Positions 38,553 to 50,460 are shown, counted from the first letter of the stretch. The stretch is DNA of 64,000 bases from Candidatus Bathyarchaeota archaeon (GCA_963739305.1 CAVTZU010000010.1:1-64000), one strand, 5' to 3'. Notes: generated by a model not told the origin, from the letters alone. A program made the numbers and translations.

Positions 38553-41291
38553 TTATGGGTCGACGTGTATCGCTGGATATTTGTCGGTTACCCAAACTGG
38601 AAATTCTGGCCAGCCTGGGAACGGTACCATTTGCAGCGGTGTTATGGTTCCGTCCGTCGATTTCCGGCCTCATGAAGATATCCTTGGTAGTTGTATTCGC
38701 TGATAGTGCCTAAAGCTTCCATGATCGTTACGAAGCAGTAGTCTGTTGGGTGCAGTGTGTAGTTGAATTGGAGCACCAAAGTTGTCACACCCTCTGGCAT
38801 GTTTTCCCATGATGCCAGGTCTAATACGTCGCTGTGTTGCAGTGCCCAGCATGTGTAGTACGTGTCTTGACCCGTGTATCCGTAGACGACAAGGAAGGTT
38901 GTTCCGTTAAGGTCTTGGAACGTCGATATCATACCGTAACCTACTGTCTCTACGCCACCTACCATTGTTGGTACGTATGTGTTCTTGCTCCAGCATGACG
39001 TCGAATATATGACGCTTCCCGGTGCGCCTGAGCCTGTCCATCCTCCTAGCGTAGCAAATGCATCTGTGAAGTCATTGGTATATTCTGTCACTGCGTTTGC
39101 GACTGGACCTCCGACGGTGATTATGTTGCTGCTGGATATTGGTAAGCCTTGCATCTCGTCTCCCGTGTTAATGTTGACGTGGCATGACCAGTCGTCTTTG
39201 AATCCTAGTCTGCCCAAGTTGAAGGCGACGTTTGCGTCTCTATATCCTGTGCGGGCAGGAAGCAACGTTGGTCTCTGTGCACTCAACACTGATGGCGCGT
39301 TGGGTCCGTACGTTGTGTCTTGCATGTCAAGTCCACTGTTTCTCAGTGTGGCGCCCGTATACCATGTGACATAAGTGCTTACCATTGCTGATCCGGCGGA
39401 GTCGATTGCCGCTGAGTCTCTGCCTACTACTAGCCATTCCCATGCTCCGTCATTCCATGATTCTTCATAGTAGTTAGTTGAGAACAGTATCTTCACTTCA
39501 GAATTTGCTGAAGGAGCATCATAGAACTGGACGTATACGGCTCCTCCTTCGTCGTAATCAAGGAAGTAGTCTGTGTCGCGTATCTGCAACGTGTTGTTGA
39601 TCAGCACTCTTTCAGCAAAGGTGTCATATCCGTACCAATCGTTGTAAACGAAGTCTTGATAGTACACGTACGGCCAGGCCAAGCCATTATCGTTTTGGTA
39701 TGGTCTGTCCGGGTACTGGTCTGAATACTTCAAGTAGAAGACGTCATTATCTCCGTCAGCTGCGTATTTGTCCACCCATCTTGTCGTATCCTTATACATC
39801 ATGTCGCTAAGGTCCCATGGACGGAATACACTAGTCAGCTGATACATAACTTCACTGTCAGGTGTGTTTAAGTGGCTGCCGATGCCCATTACGTTTGCGT
39901 CGTCACCGTTGTTCAAGTCTGTTACACCGTACACCGCGATTGCCCTGAATTCTTTGTCAGACGTAATACTGCCATAGATATTGTGTTCAGGCGTCAGCAC
40001 GAAGTCCCATTCTCCGACGGTGAGCGGTGCCAAGAACGGCTCAACGAGGTTGAATGCGTCTGTGCTGTGCGAATCAATTGCGCTCAATGGTCTGTACCAA
40101 AGGTCTTCTCTGCCACCGCCTGCGTCTGCTGACCAGTCACTCAGTGCCGGCCAGTAGGCTGCGTAGGCGACGTATTTCAGGTCATTCGAGATCATCTGTG
40201 CCATAATCGTAGGTGCCACTGCTGGAAGGTGCACTTCCATAGAGGTTGACAGGTACGTCAAGCGTCACATTGCCAGTTACCATGATAGATATTCCTGGTG
40301 GAAGCGTCGGACAAACTGTGTACATGTTATTGTAATCAGTGTAGGTGCCTTCATCGTTGGCTGTTGTGTAGAAGTGAACGTAGCTTGAGTAGGGATCGGT
40401 GTTGGGATATGATGCTGCACCTAAGTCCCATTCTTCTCTGTCGCTCAATTGGCAGAGGAATCCGCTTGCGATGCTAGCGTTATTGTTTTTATTTGTCTGG
40501 TACACCCATAACGGAGAAATCTCGTACTTCGGGTGCGAAACTGCTTTGACATCTTTGAAGACAATGACTTGTTTGCTAACCTTGTCGAACTCTATTGTCA
40601 AAATGAAATTCACCAATGCTAACGATGGAGTGCCTGTGTTCTCATTGATGTCCCATATGTGGTTCGTGAGCACTGCGATGAATTTCCTCGGTCCATCGTA
40701 AAGGACCTGTATTGGATCTGTGATCACTGTTCCGTTTGTCTTCCTACCACCATTTAGCAGTGTTGTTCCTGTGACTACACCTGCAGGACTGATTTCGTAA
40801 CCTGGGTACCTGAAGCTTTCTTGCCACTCGTATGTGCAAGAATATGGAGCTTTGATGTACAGCCACGGTCCACCGTAGCTTGCCAGGTCGCCGAACATCG
40901 CTGCAGCCCAAACCGTTGTCAGTCCATTGAGCGAGTTGTTGTACGTAATACTCAGCATCCAACCATTGATCCACACGTTCTTCGGTAGAAAGTCTGGAAT
41001 AGTAGTCGGACCGGCTGGTTCTGCCCATGGATCGCGTGCACCGGCGTATTCAATTCCTACGTTTGTATTGTTGTCTATCAGTTCACCGAACTTGGAAAGC
41101 CCGATACTCAGGCTCTGTGCCTGATAGGGGTATAGCGAGTATGAGTCTGTTCCAAGAACTCCAGTTTCCGTCATGTACCAACTTGTAGGATCTGGTGAAA
41201 GTGCGTATGCTTTTTGTACCATCATTATTGGTCCAAAGAATGATATTACCATTATTGCTGTAGCTAATATTGCAATTAGAGATTTTTTCAT
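38553..41291 (-). CDS. Large secreted S-layer-like/major envelope protein, split by frameshifts (ORFs 40182..41291 and 38642..40261 plus a C-terminal tail)
   Basis: Signal peptide; frames join at ~40204 (GTYD-AQMISND); NIITVGGPVAN and VYGYTGQDT resemble S-layer C-terminal motifs; another frame gives ...DKYPAIHVDP* at 38553, followed by a terminator. Confidence 0.7.
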
Positions 41292-41623
41292 TTTTATTCC
41301 TCATTTAAATATGGTCTTTCTATAGTTTGTTAGCCTCAGATTTAAAAGGTTTTCCATTACATAAAAAAGAACGTAAACGAGCAAAATTCAAAAACAGACT
41401 GCGATTTGAAACACGTAGAGCCTAAACTTAAAGATTTCGGCGAAAAAAGTGCGGCATCCCTCGCAGGCTTGTCGGAACGCGTTAGAAACTGTCTGAAAAA
41501 AAGGACGATGATTCAAGAACTGTAAACGTCAAAACGGATAATCACCATTGCGGCTTTCGACAGAAAAACGATTTTGCAGTTTGGACGACAAACATATTAC
41601 TGCCCACATGGCTGTTTCTCTTT

Positions 41624-42271
41624 TTGATACGCATGAAGACACGGTCATTCGAGGTCGGCTCGTTCTCCACAAACTGCTACGTCGTAGGCTGCGCGGAAAC
41701 AAAGGAAGCAGTCATCATCGACCCAGGCTTCGACTCGGGAAGTGAGGCAGAAAGCATCATCAAATACATAGAAGAAAACTATTCAAAGTTGAAAACCATC
41801 GTCAACACCCACGGGCATCCTGACCACACGTGTGGAAATGGGCTGATCAAGAACAGGTTCAACGCGTCCATTGCAATTCACAAGGATGACGCCTATTTGA
41901 TTGGAACCTTGGGAAAACGTCTTGCAGAAGCTTTCAATCTGACAAACCATTCGCCACCAGCAGACATCTTGTTGGACGACGGAAACAATGTAGAGTTTGG
42001 AAACGAAAAACTCGAGGTAATCCACACGCCCGGACACAGTCCCGGAAGCATTTCACTCTTGGGAAAGAACGTAATATTCACAGGTGACACGCTATTCGCA
42101 AGCTCAATTGGGAGAACAGATTTTCCAGAAAGCTCAGAAAAGGAAATGCAAGTTTCGCTGAAAAGGTTGAAGAATCTGCCCGACAATCTAACTGTATATC
42201 CTGGGCATGGACCAGCAACAGTGCTTGGGAAGGAAAAACGCGATAACCCTTTCCTCAAAGGACTCCTTTGA
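41624..42271 (+). CDS. MBL-fold metallo-hydrolase (glyoxalase II-like)
   Basis: THGHPDH, HTPGHSPG, FTGDTLF, GRTD, PGHG. Confidence 0.95.
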   Translation: MIRMKTRSFEVGSFSTNCYVVGCAETKEAVIIDPGFDSGSEAESIIKYIEENYSKLKTIVNTHGHPDHTCGNGLIKNRFNASIAIHKDDAYLIGTLGKRLAEAFNLTNHSPPADILLDDGNNVEFGNEKLEVIHTPGHSPGSISLLGKNVIFTGDTLFASSIGRTDFPESSEKEMQVSLKRLKNLPDNLTVYPGHGPATVLGKEKRDNPFLKGLL

Positions 42272-43028
42272 AGAGATCCTCCCTACCTGAGATCAACAGC
42301 TCTTTGATGCCACTTTTTTCAACAGAGCTTACCGAACTGTCCAGCCCTCTGATAATCACGACTGGAGTACCTTCAGCACCTTGCCCCATGAGCAGCTCCG
42401 CGGCTGCTGCTATCTCATCGACAACCGCCACATTTTTCACTTTCAAAACGTTCCCGAAAAGATCCTTTCTTCCACGATAATCCCTGAACAGGCCCAAACC
42501 AGCAACACCGATTGCATAATTCACCTGCCCTCGCCTGAACGGACGACTGTACGTGTCACAAATAACAACTGCCACTTTCTTCCCTGTGAGCCTCCGCATT
42601 TCAACTCGACACTCTTCCGCAGACCTATCGGGGTTTTCAGGCAGCATCGCATAGTTCAAGGCGCCTTTGATGTTGGACTTGTCAATCCCGGCGTTGATAG
42701 AAACCAAACCCCGCTTGTCCTGAACTATCAAGATACCACGAGAAGCCTTCAAGACTTTTCTTGTTTCCTTCAGAACAAGTTCCAAAAACCTTGCATCTTT
42801 TCCGGTAACTTTCGCAAGTCTCTTTGCCTTTCGTGATGGAACAACATCCTTCAATCTCAGAACTCTCATCTCGGCCTTCGAAACAATCTTCTGCGCGATT
42901 ACGATTACATCACGATCTTGAAGGCTAAGACCGTTCCTCTTTGATACATTGACGATTGTTTCTGCGACGTTGTCTCCTGCTTTGATCATAGGAAAGCCTT
43001 CCAGGCCATACGCGACAAAGCTCTGCAA
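42255..43028 (-). CDS. cofE: Coenzyme F420-0:L-glutamate ligase
   Basis: QKIVSKAE, NAGIDKSN, DTYSRPFRRG, DEIAAAAELLMGQ. Confidence 0.93.
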   Translation of the reverse strand: MQSFVAYGLEGFPMIKAGDNVAETIVNVSKRNGLSLQDRDVIVIAQKIVSKAEMRVLRLKDVVPSRKAKRLAKVTGKDARFLELVLKETRKVLKASRGILIVQDKRGLVSINAGIDKSNIKGALNYAMLPENPDRSAEECRVEMRRLTGKKVAVVICDTYSRPFRRGQVNYAIGVAGLGLFRDYRGRKDLFGNVLKVKNVAVVDEIAAAAELLMGQGAEGTPVVIIRGLDSSVSSVEKSGIKELLISGREDLFKGVL

Positions 43029-43282
43029 CGATTTCCCTCTCTTGATTCACATCTTAATTCTTCAGCTCGTTAAATCTCTTATCCGCCGGGATTTGGAAGA
43101 AAACGGCTCTCGGTTCAAAAAGCTTATTATATAGTAAGATACAATATACACTCCTAGGGCAGTGAAGCCAGCGCAACCAGAGTTTCCGAAGATTGCAAAG
43201 TTTGATTCTGAATTCATAATGCTTAAGCACGTTCAACCCAGAGGGATAAACCAAACTCAATTCAAAAATGGGACGTTCGATT

Positions 43283-46237
43283 ATGAAAAAACAACTCGTC
43301 TTGATTATCATCTTACTTACCATCTTCATCAGTTCTCTAGGCGTCGGTTATAGAAATCTCCCATTGGCCCACGCGACATACGTTGAGGGAACAATTACCC
43401 AAGACACGATCTGGACCCTCGTCGACAGCCCATTCATATTGTCAAACAACGTTATCGTTAGCCCGACGGCAACGTTAACGATTGAACCTGGCGTTCAGGT
43501 AAGGTTCGGAGGGGAATTTTCAATGATAATCAACGGACAGATCATCGCAAATGGAACAGATGATAAGACGATCCTCTTCACTACAAACGATCCAACTCAG
43601 AGTATGTTTTGGAATACGATAACGATTACGGGTTCTCGACAATCCCTGTTCTCTAACTGCATAGTCGAATTTGCTTCAAACGGAACCACGTTGGAGGGCG
43701 GTAACGTCAACATTCAGAAAAGCACTTTCAGAAACAACCTTAACAACGGAATTGCCGTCCGCAGCGGCACGATTGCGATACAAGACAGCAACCTCGTCGA
43801 CAACATGGGAAACGCGATAACCATAGATGGCAACGGCCAAGTTGACGTACGTTCAAACACCATTCAATCAAACAAGAAGGGAGTATTCTTGTCAAGTCAA
43901 GCATCAGGCGCCATATTGGTTTTTCAAAACAATATTTCTAACAACACAGAAGTCGGAGTGGCACTTGAGACAAACACTTTCGCCAATACTGTTATCACAG
44001 AAAACAATGTTTTCTCCAACGGATTTGGGTTCAGCATCACGGCCAACTCCAGCACTTACCTAACTCGCAACTACGTTGCAAACAACACAATTGGATTCTA
44101 CTACGCAGGAAAAGGCAATCATCTCGTGGATTTCAACGACATCTTCGATAATGGAGTCGGCATGGACGCAGAGTCAAGCCAAGGAGGCATGCCATTCGTG
44201 AACGCGGCACATAACTTCTGGGGTGACAGAACCGGACCAGAACATGATTCGTTGAGTCCATATGCAAAGGGCAACTCAGTGGTGAGCAACGGAACGAACA
44301 TCGACTTTCTCCCATTCTTGACACACCCATTTGATTACAGCAATAATCCGCCTACCGCAGTCTTGTGGACCGACAAGCTTCTAGTCGCACCTCACCAAAC
44401 CATCACGTTCGTAGGAACAGAGTCACAGGATGATGGAAGCGTCTGGCAATACCTTTTTGACTTCAATGACAGCGTAACCAGCGGTTGGACGACTCTGTCG
44501 CTCTTTAACCACACTTACTCATCACCAGGAACCTACACGGCTAGCCTACTGGTTCAGGACGACGCTGGAAGCAGCAGTTCACTAGTCTCCACAACGATAA
44601 ACGTCCAAGACCTCATCCCTCTGCAAACCACGGTCTACCTCGCTGATTCCACTATTCCATTCAACGGAAGAACAAACGTTACAGCGTTCGTTTCAACTGC
44701 AGGAGGCCCCCTAGCGAATGCGCAAGTCACAATGCTCTCAGTAAGAGGCGGAACTTTCGAGCCGCAGACAGGCGTGACAGATCAGAACGGCTATTTCACC
44801 ACCACATTCACGGCACCGAACGTGACGCAGGCCACGGACGTGAGAATAATCGCCAGAGCATCGATGACGGGTTATGCCGATGGATCCGACTATCAGTACA
44901 TCAAAGTATTGCCGCCGCTCGAAATCCAAATATTGCCAACAGAAACTGCGATCTGGTCTGAAGGTACGACCACGGTGAACATAAGAGTCACCGACCCCTT
45001 GGGAGAACCAATTGCAAACGCTAGCCTATCGTTGTCTTGCACGAACGGCAGTCTGTCGGCTACCGCTACAAACACGGACTCGCTTGGCACGGCGACCTTC
45101 AACTACACGGCCCCCTTCACTATGAGCCAGATGAATGTGACGTTAACGGTCACAGCAACTAAGAGTGAATTTGCGGACACACAAACAGAAACATATCTTC
45201 TCATAAACCCGAAAACGATGGTTCTCGAAATCACCGCCACGCCAAACCCAGTGTTCTCAGATGACGCCACAACCATTGCCGTTCACGCTACTTTCGACTC
45301 AACCCCAGTCTCAAACGCAACCATAACTGTGGCTTCCGATCAAGGAGGCAACTTCTCTCAAACGACCTTGCTAACGGACACCGCAGGCTTCGCAAGGTTC
45401 GCCTACACGACCCCTCTGACTTCAGCGTCAGACGGAATCAACGCTACAATAACGGCGACAGCTGTGAAAGCTGGTTTCTTGGACGCCCAAAATCAATTCA
45501 TACTAACAGTGAAACCAAAAGAGATGTCACTTGACATACTTCCTTCATCGAACACAACCTATTCCGGCGCACTCCTAAACGTCACAGTCAGCGTAACTTA
45601 CAACATGACATCAGTGAGGGACGCGATCGTCTCAATCGCAGCATCGAACGGAACCTTCTCCCCGACTACTATGATAACCGACCAGAACGGAGATGCCACT
45701 TTCAACTTCACTGCACCCCAAGTGGACACATCCTCGAACGTGACTTTCTCGCTGACTGCAACAAAAGATGGATATCTTGAAGCTACGACTCAGTTCGAGT
45801 TCACTGTTAATCCAAGAACCTTTGCCCTCCAAATAACCCCGGCAGCCATAAACTCAGGACAGGATGAGCCTATCACTCTGCACGTAACTTGCAACGAAGA
45901 TAGAAGCTTTGTAGAGGCGGCGCTGGTCACAATCTCATACGCGGGCCACAAGCCCTTGTCCAACGTGACAGACGTCAACGGATTATGCACGTTCGTCATA
46001 AATGTTCCACAAACGCCGGAAAATCAAGTTAACATCACTGTGACCGCCAGCAGAAGTGGTTACCAATCGAAACAGGTGACTATGCAATTGAACGCTCTGC
46101 CTAGCGAAGGTGGTCTACCGTGGTTAACCATACTTCTCTTGGTGATTCCGATAGTGATCGTCGCAGTGATTGCGGTGCTCATCAAGATGAAAGTGATCGT
46201 TGTTTCCAGCAAAGATGACGAAACAGGGTCCGAGTAA
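43283..46237 (+). CDS. Cell-surface adhesin: beta-helix, PKD and tandem Ig-like (Big-1/invasin-type) repeats, C-terminal TM
   Basis: WTLVDSPF...LTIEPGV, HTYSSPGTY, repeated TDxNGxxTFxFTAP, C-terminal TM. Confidence 0.88.
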   Translation: MKKQLVLIIILLTIFISSLGVGYRNLPLAHATYVEGTITQDTIWTLVDSPFILSNNVIVSPTATLTIEPGVQVRFGGEFSMIINGQIIANGTDDKTILFTTNDPTQSMFWNTITITGSRQSLFSNCIVEFASNGTTLEGGNVNIQKSTFRNNLNNGIAVRSGTIAIQDSNLVDNMGNAITIDGNGQVDVRSNTIQSNKKGVFLSSQASGAILVFQNNISNNTEVGVALETNTFANTVITENNVFSNGFGFSITANSSTYLTRNYVANNTIGFYYAGKGNHLVDFNDIFDNGVGMDAESSQGGMPFVNAAHNFWGDRTGPEHDSLSPYAKGNSVVSNGTNIDFLPFLTHPFDYSNNPPTAVLWTDKLLVAPHQTITFVGTESQDDGSVWQYLFDFNDSVTSGWTTLSLFNHTYSSPGTYTASLLVQDDAGSSSSLVSTTINVQDLIPLQTTVYLADSTIPFNGRTNVTAFVSTAGGPLANAQVTMLSVRGGTFEPQTGVTDQNGYFTTTFTAPNVTQATDVRIIARASMTGYADGSDYQYIKVLPPLEIQILPTETAIWSEGTTTVNIRVTDPLGEPIANASLSLSCTNGSLSATATNTDSLGTATFNYTAPFTMSQMNVTLTVTATKSEFADTQTETYLLINPKTMVLEITATPNPVFSDDATTIAVHATFDSTPVSNATITVASDQGGNFSQTTLLTDTAGFARFAYTTPLTSASDGINATITATAVKAGFLDAQNQFILTVKPKEMSLDILPSSNTTYSGALLNVTVSVTYNMTSVRDAIVSIAASNGTFSPTTMITDQNGDATFNFTAPQVDTSSNVTFSLTATKDGYLEATTQFEFTVNPRTFALQITPAAINSGQDEPITLHVTCNEDRSFVEAALVTISYAGHKPLSNVTDVNGLCTFVINVPQTPENQVNITVTASRSGYQSKQVTMQLNALPSEGGLPWLTILLLVIPIVIVAVIAVLIKMKVIVVSSKDDETGSE

Positions 46238-46304
46238 GGTCTCGTGAGACGTAATATTTAATAGACTCCGTACATATCAACATTAATGGAACAGGAGAAC
46301 AACA

Positions 46305-47933
46305 ATGACACAGTTGAGGCTCAAAGGAAAACTTGCAAAGCTCAAAACGGTAAAGGTAAGATTCAAGTTTGGAAAGAAAGAGAAAGCCGTAGTCCCCCCT
46401 CCACCGCCAAAGCCCTTGCCCAGAGGATTCAAAGTTGTCGAGAAATATCCGTTGTACGAACCCTTCGCCCACGTAGCCATTGCACAAAGCCCCAAAACGG
46501 GAGAGCATAAGTACATTCTAGACGAACTGCAGCTGGACCCTCTTGAGAGAAGCGTGTACCACAGAATTCTGGAGATATTGTTGGCCGAAATAGAATCGCC
46601 AAAGGAGGAAATACTTGACCCTAGAAGATTCTTTGCCGATGAAGCAAAGAAAATCGTCGACAAATACAGAATCAGTCTCGGCTGGCTGCCAGACGTATCA
46701 TGGTACAAAATCCTATATCACGCCGAAAGAGACTTGGTCGGATTCGGTCAGATCGACCCATTAATGCGAGACCCGAACATCGAAGATATTTCTTGTGACG
46801 GTGTAACCAGACCCGTCTACATATGGCACAGAAATTTCGAAAGTATAGAAACAAACATCGAATTCGGGACAGACGAGGAACTTGACAACATGGTTGTTAA
46901 GCTTGTGCACATGGCGGGAAAGCACGTGAGCTCAGCTTTTCCGATCGTCGACGCCTCGTTACCCGGAAAACACAGGCTTGCAGTCTGTTACAGACGTGAA
47001 ATCACTCCCTTCGGCACCGCCTTCACGATCAGAAAATTCAGAGAGGACCCATATTCAATAATCGACCTGATCAACATAGGAACTTTTTCTGAAGAAATGG
47101 CAGCCTATTTCTGGCAATGTCTAGAGCATCGAGCTTCTATCATGGTTCTAGGAGGCACAGCTGCAGGAAAAACCACTGCACTGAACGCTCTTGCGTGCCT
47201 AATCAGACCCGGAAGCAAGATCATCACGATTGAAGAGACAGCAGAACTCAACTTGCCGCATGACAACTGGGTTTCGCTTATCGCAAGACAGAGTTACGGC
47301 TTGGGCGGAGATAGCACTGGTGAAGTCCCACTGTTCGACTTGGTCAAAACCTCCATGAGACATCGCCCTGACATACTAATAGTAGGTGAGGTTAGGGGTC
47401 AAGAAGCGTACGTACTCTTCCAAGCTTTGGCCACAGGTCACGGCGGCATGTGCACCATGCACGCTGAAAACCTAGATTCAGCAATCAAGCGTTTAACTCA
47501 AAAACCGATGGACATCTCACCCGCTTATGTTCCATTGATGAACATCGTCCTATCGATACAAAGAGTTCACCTCATCAAGAACAACGAGAGAAAAGCATAC
47601 AGACGAGTGATGAACGTTAACGAAATCGCAGATTATGAAGATTACAGAAACGTTTTCAAATGGAATCCAGCCAAAGATGAACAAATCCTCACGTTTGACA
47701 AAAGCGTCATGCTCTCAGGGATCTCTGAAAAACTTGGAACAAGCAAAAAAGACCTGCTTGCCGAAATCGACAGACGAAAGACCGTGCTCCACTGGATGCG
47801 GGAACACAACATAAGAAGCTACAAGGACGTAGCCGCGATTATCGCAGAATACTCCGCAAGACCCAAACAAATCTACGAAAAAGTTCTCGCAGGAGAAGAG
47901 GTCAAAACATATGCAGTTTCTAGAGACTCTTGA
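46305..47933 (+). CDS. Type IV pilus assembly ATPase (PilB/AapE/TadA family)
   Basis: DPNIEDISC, GGTAAGKTT, IEETAEL, RPDILIVGEVRG, TGH, TMHA. Confidence 0.95.
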   Translation: MTQLRLKGKLAKLKTVKVRFKFGKKEKAVVPPPPPKPLPRGFKVVEKYPLYEPFAHVAIAQSPKTGEHKYILDELQLDPLERSVYHRILEILLAEIESPKEEILDPRRFFADEAKKIVDKYRISLGWLPDVSWYKILYHAERDLVGFGQIDPLMRDPNIEDISCDGVTRPVYIWHRNFESIETNIEFGTDEELDNMVVKLVHMAGKHVSSAFPIVDASLPGKHRLAVCYRREITPFGTAFTIRKFREDPYSIIDLINIGTFSEEMAAYFWQCLEHRASIMVLGGTAAGKTTALNALACLIRPGSKIITIEETAELNLPHDNWVSLIARQSYGLGGDSTGEVPLFDLVKTSMRHRPDILIVGEVRGQEAYVLFQALATGHGGMCTMHAENLDSAIKRLTQKPMDISPAYVPLMNIVLSIQRVHLIKNNERKAYRRVMNVNEIADYEDYRNVFKWNPAKDEQILTFDKSVMLSGISEKLGTSKKDLLAEIDRRKTVLHWMREHNIRSYKDVAAIIAEYSARPKQIYEKVLAGEEVKTYAVSRDS

Positions 47934-49584
47934 AGCTTGGTCCTTCCGCATCTTCGGAAAGGCAGCACCATCGTTTCTAAAGAACGTCTTTGAATTCAAA
48001 GGCTACCTTGAACGCGCAAGGATCAAGATCTACGCAGAAACCTACGTATCACTGATGCTTTTCGCAGCGGTCCTAACGATACCCATATCTGCAATTGCGA
48101 TTGCGATTATACTTCTCACAGGCTTCATTCCACTAGTATTCTTGATACCCATGCCGCTCTTCGTAATGATCGGGTTTCTCCTTGTTCCAATGTCCAGGGC
48201 CGGCGAAAGAGCATCCAACTTAGAACGAGAGATGCCATTTGCAGCGGCGTACATCAGCGTCATGGCTTCCGGAGGAATAGCCCCGTACACCAGTTTCAAA
48301 CGACTCTCTGAGGTCGACCTGCTACCGGTCATGAAAAACGAAGCAAGGGAAATCATAAAAGACGTCGAAATCTTCGGCATCGACCCACTGACAGCGATTG
48401 AACAGGCAGCAAAGAAAAACCCCCTGGACATCTTCAAAGACTTCCTCTCAGGATACGCGTCTACCGTGATAATCGGCGGAGACATAGGGCACTTCTTAGA
48501 AAGAAAGGCTGAGGACATTTTCAAAGCTCGCGCCATGCGTGTCAAAGCGGCAGCCGAGAGGCTTGGAATGCTCTTGGAGACTTTCATAATAGTCAACGTC
48601 ATGATGTCACTTGTTTTCTACATAATGTTCAGCGTTGAAAACATAGGTGTAAGCGGAAGCGGGGGCGGATCCACGTCAATGATACTTATGTACACGTATC
48701 TTCTAAGTCCGCTTCTCTCGGTGGTCTTCGTCTACCTTGCGCACAGCATGCAGCCAAAAACACCTTTAACGGACATGCGTCCTTACAAATTGTTTGCCGT
48801 AAGCGCCGCAATCGGCCTAGTACTGTTCGTTCTCCTTTACATCGTTAGAATCCTCGGATCACTCGTGGATCCTCCTTTGGCTCTGACCATAGCTCTGTTC
48901 GTCGCCACTGCACCGCCAGCGATATTGTACCAAAGACTCTCAACCTACAGAACACAGACTGAAGAAGGAATAAACAGTTTCCTCAGAGACTTGACCGAAG
49001 TCAGAAAGACTGGTTTGTCGCCCGAAAAATGCATCGAAAGTCTTTCACACCGCGAATACGGAGTCTTCACTAAAGAACTGCGCAAGATAAGCTCAGAGAT
49101 TTCCTGGGGAATCCCAGTCAGAAAGGTAATTATGGATTTCCTAAAAAGGACAAAAAGCTGGATGACACAGATCGTAATGTTCCTGCTGGTCGAAACTGTC
49201 GATGTCGGTGGCGGCACTATCGCAATGATTGAATCGTTGGCAGGCTTCAACAACCTTACTCAAGAGGTTGAAAAAGAGAAGAAAGCTTCAGTACGTCCCT
49301 ACATCATCATGCCCTACTTCGCATCTCTGCTTCTGGTAGCAACCACAACGATGATGCTAGGATTCACGACCAGCACCTTCGGCATCGGCAGCGCAACCCC
49401 AAAGAACATGGACGAAGTAAAAGATGTGTTCAATACTTCAACGATTTTCTACAGCTTTATGATTGGCATAGTGGCGGGTAAGATCAGCGAAGAATCCATC
49501 GCCGCAGGCTTCAAACATGCTTCAATTCTAGTGTTGATGTCGTTCTTGGCTATTAAACTGGTCCCAATGTTCCTACACATCTAA
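47911..49584 (+). CDS. Type IV pilus membrane platform protein (PilC/AapF/TadC, two T2SSF domains)
   Basis: LEREMPFA, FGIDPL, FLRDL, multiple TMs, IVAGKISE...GFKH. Confidence 0.93.
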   Translation: MQFLETLEAWSFRIFGKAAPSFLKNVFEFKGYLERARIKIYAETYVSLMLFAAVLTIPISAIAIAIILLTGFIPLVFLIPMPLFVMIGFLLVPMSRAGERASNLEREMPFAAAYISVMASGGIAPYTSFKRLSEVDLLPVMKNEAREIIKDVEIFGIDPLTAIEQAAKKNPLDIFKDFLSGYASTVIIGGDIGHFLERKAEDIFKARAMRVKAAAERLGMLLETFIIVNVMMSLVFYIMFSVENIGVSGSGGGSTSMILMYTYLLSPLLSVVFVYLAHSMQPKTPLTDMRPYKLFAVSAAIGLVLFVLLYIVRILGSLVDPPLALTIALFVATAPPAILYQRLSTYRTQTEEGINSFLRDLTEVRKTGLSPEKCIESLSHREYGVFTKELRKISSEISWGIPVRKVIMDFLKRTKSWMTQIVMFLLVETVDVGGGTIAMIESLAGFNNLTQEVEKEKKASVRPYIIMPYFASLLLVATTTMMLGFTTSTFGIGSATPKNMDEVKDVFNTSTIFYSFMIGIVAGKISEESIAAGFKHASILVLMSFLAIKLVPMFLHI

Positions 49585-49596
49585 CAGGGAGCAAAA

Positions 49597-50439
49597 ATGA
49601 AAGCTGGCAGACATATAACAAGGAACTTACGAAAAGACAGGAGAGCCATTAGTCCAGCCATCTCTACGGTCATACTCACAAGCGCCGTCATAGTCATGAT
49701 TTTGGTGACGGTGACATTCGCAAACAATTACCTTTCGCAACGCATTGCGGAGAACGAATTCAGTGCTATGAAGCAATTCATGCAAACAATCGGACTTCAA
49801 CTTGACGACGTGGCTTGGACGATTGGACGCACTCAAACGGTGCGCTATGCAAGCACGTATGGACAAGTGAACTTTGAATCACCGGCCCTAAACTACACGG
49901 TCTACGTCGATAATGTGGTAGTCGCCAACTTCAGCACAGGCGTGCTTCTCTTCAACATGCCAATGAGCAGATACAACCTTGGCAGCGGGTACACAGAACG
50001 GATATTCCCGGCAAGTCAATCTTTTCTGCAGCAGGGAACTTCGGCGCCTGTTGACCAGATTTTCATTATCGAAATCGTGCCAATGAAAGACGGAAACTAC
50101 ATCAGAATCGTGATGGCTCCCTCAATAAGAATGCTGAACTCGACGATAACGAGTAAAGGAACAACCCAGAATTACTACAATTTCTATCTCCCAATCCTTG
50201 AGCTAGGAAGCGCTCCACGTGTGTCTCAAACTGTTACGCTTGAAGGAATAACTCTCAACGCAAAGACAAAGGGAGTTGGAACCGCAGTCAAAGTGACTGT
50301 GGACTTTCCGATAGGTAACTTGGGGTTTGACAATTCATTCTTCAATTTCGCTCATCTTGAGGAAGACGTCAGTGTCCCAAGTGGATCGATTCTGCAGTTT
50401 TACACGAGTGAGGTGAGACTGTCCCTAGGATTGGCCTGA
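49597..50439 (+). CDS. Minor pilin with class III signal peptide
   Basis: RKDRRA|ISPAISTVILTSAVIVM. Confidence 0.85.
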   Translation: MKAGRHITRNLRKDRRAISPAISTVILTSAVIVMILVTVTFANNYLSQRIAENEFSAMKQFMQTIGLQLDDVAWTIGRTQTVRYASTYGQVNFESPALNYTVYVDNVVVANFSTGVLLFNMPMSRYNLGSGYTERIFPASQSFLQQGTSAPVDQIFIIEIVPMKDGNYIRIVMAPSIRMLNSTITSKGTTQNYYNFYLPILELGSAPRVSQTVTLEGITLNAKTKGVGTAVKVTVDFPIGNLGFDNSFFNFAHLEEDVSVPSGSILQFYTSEVRLSLGLA

Positions 50440-50460
50440 GGGACTGAGGAGGAAAATTGA

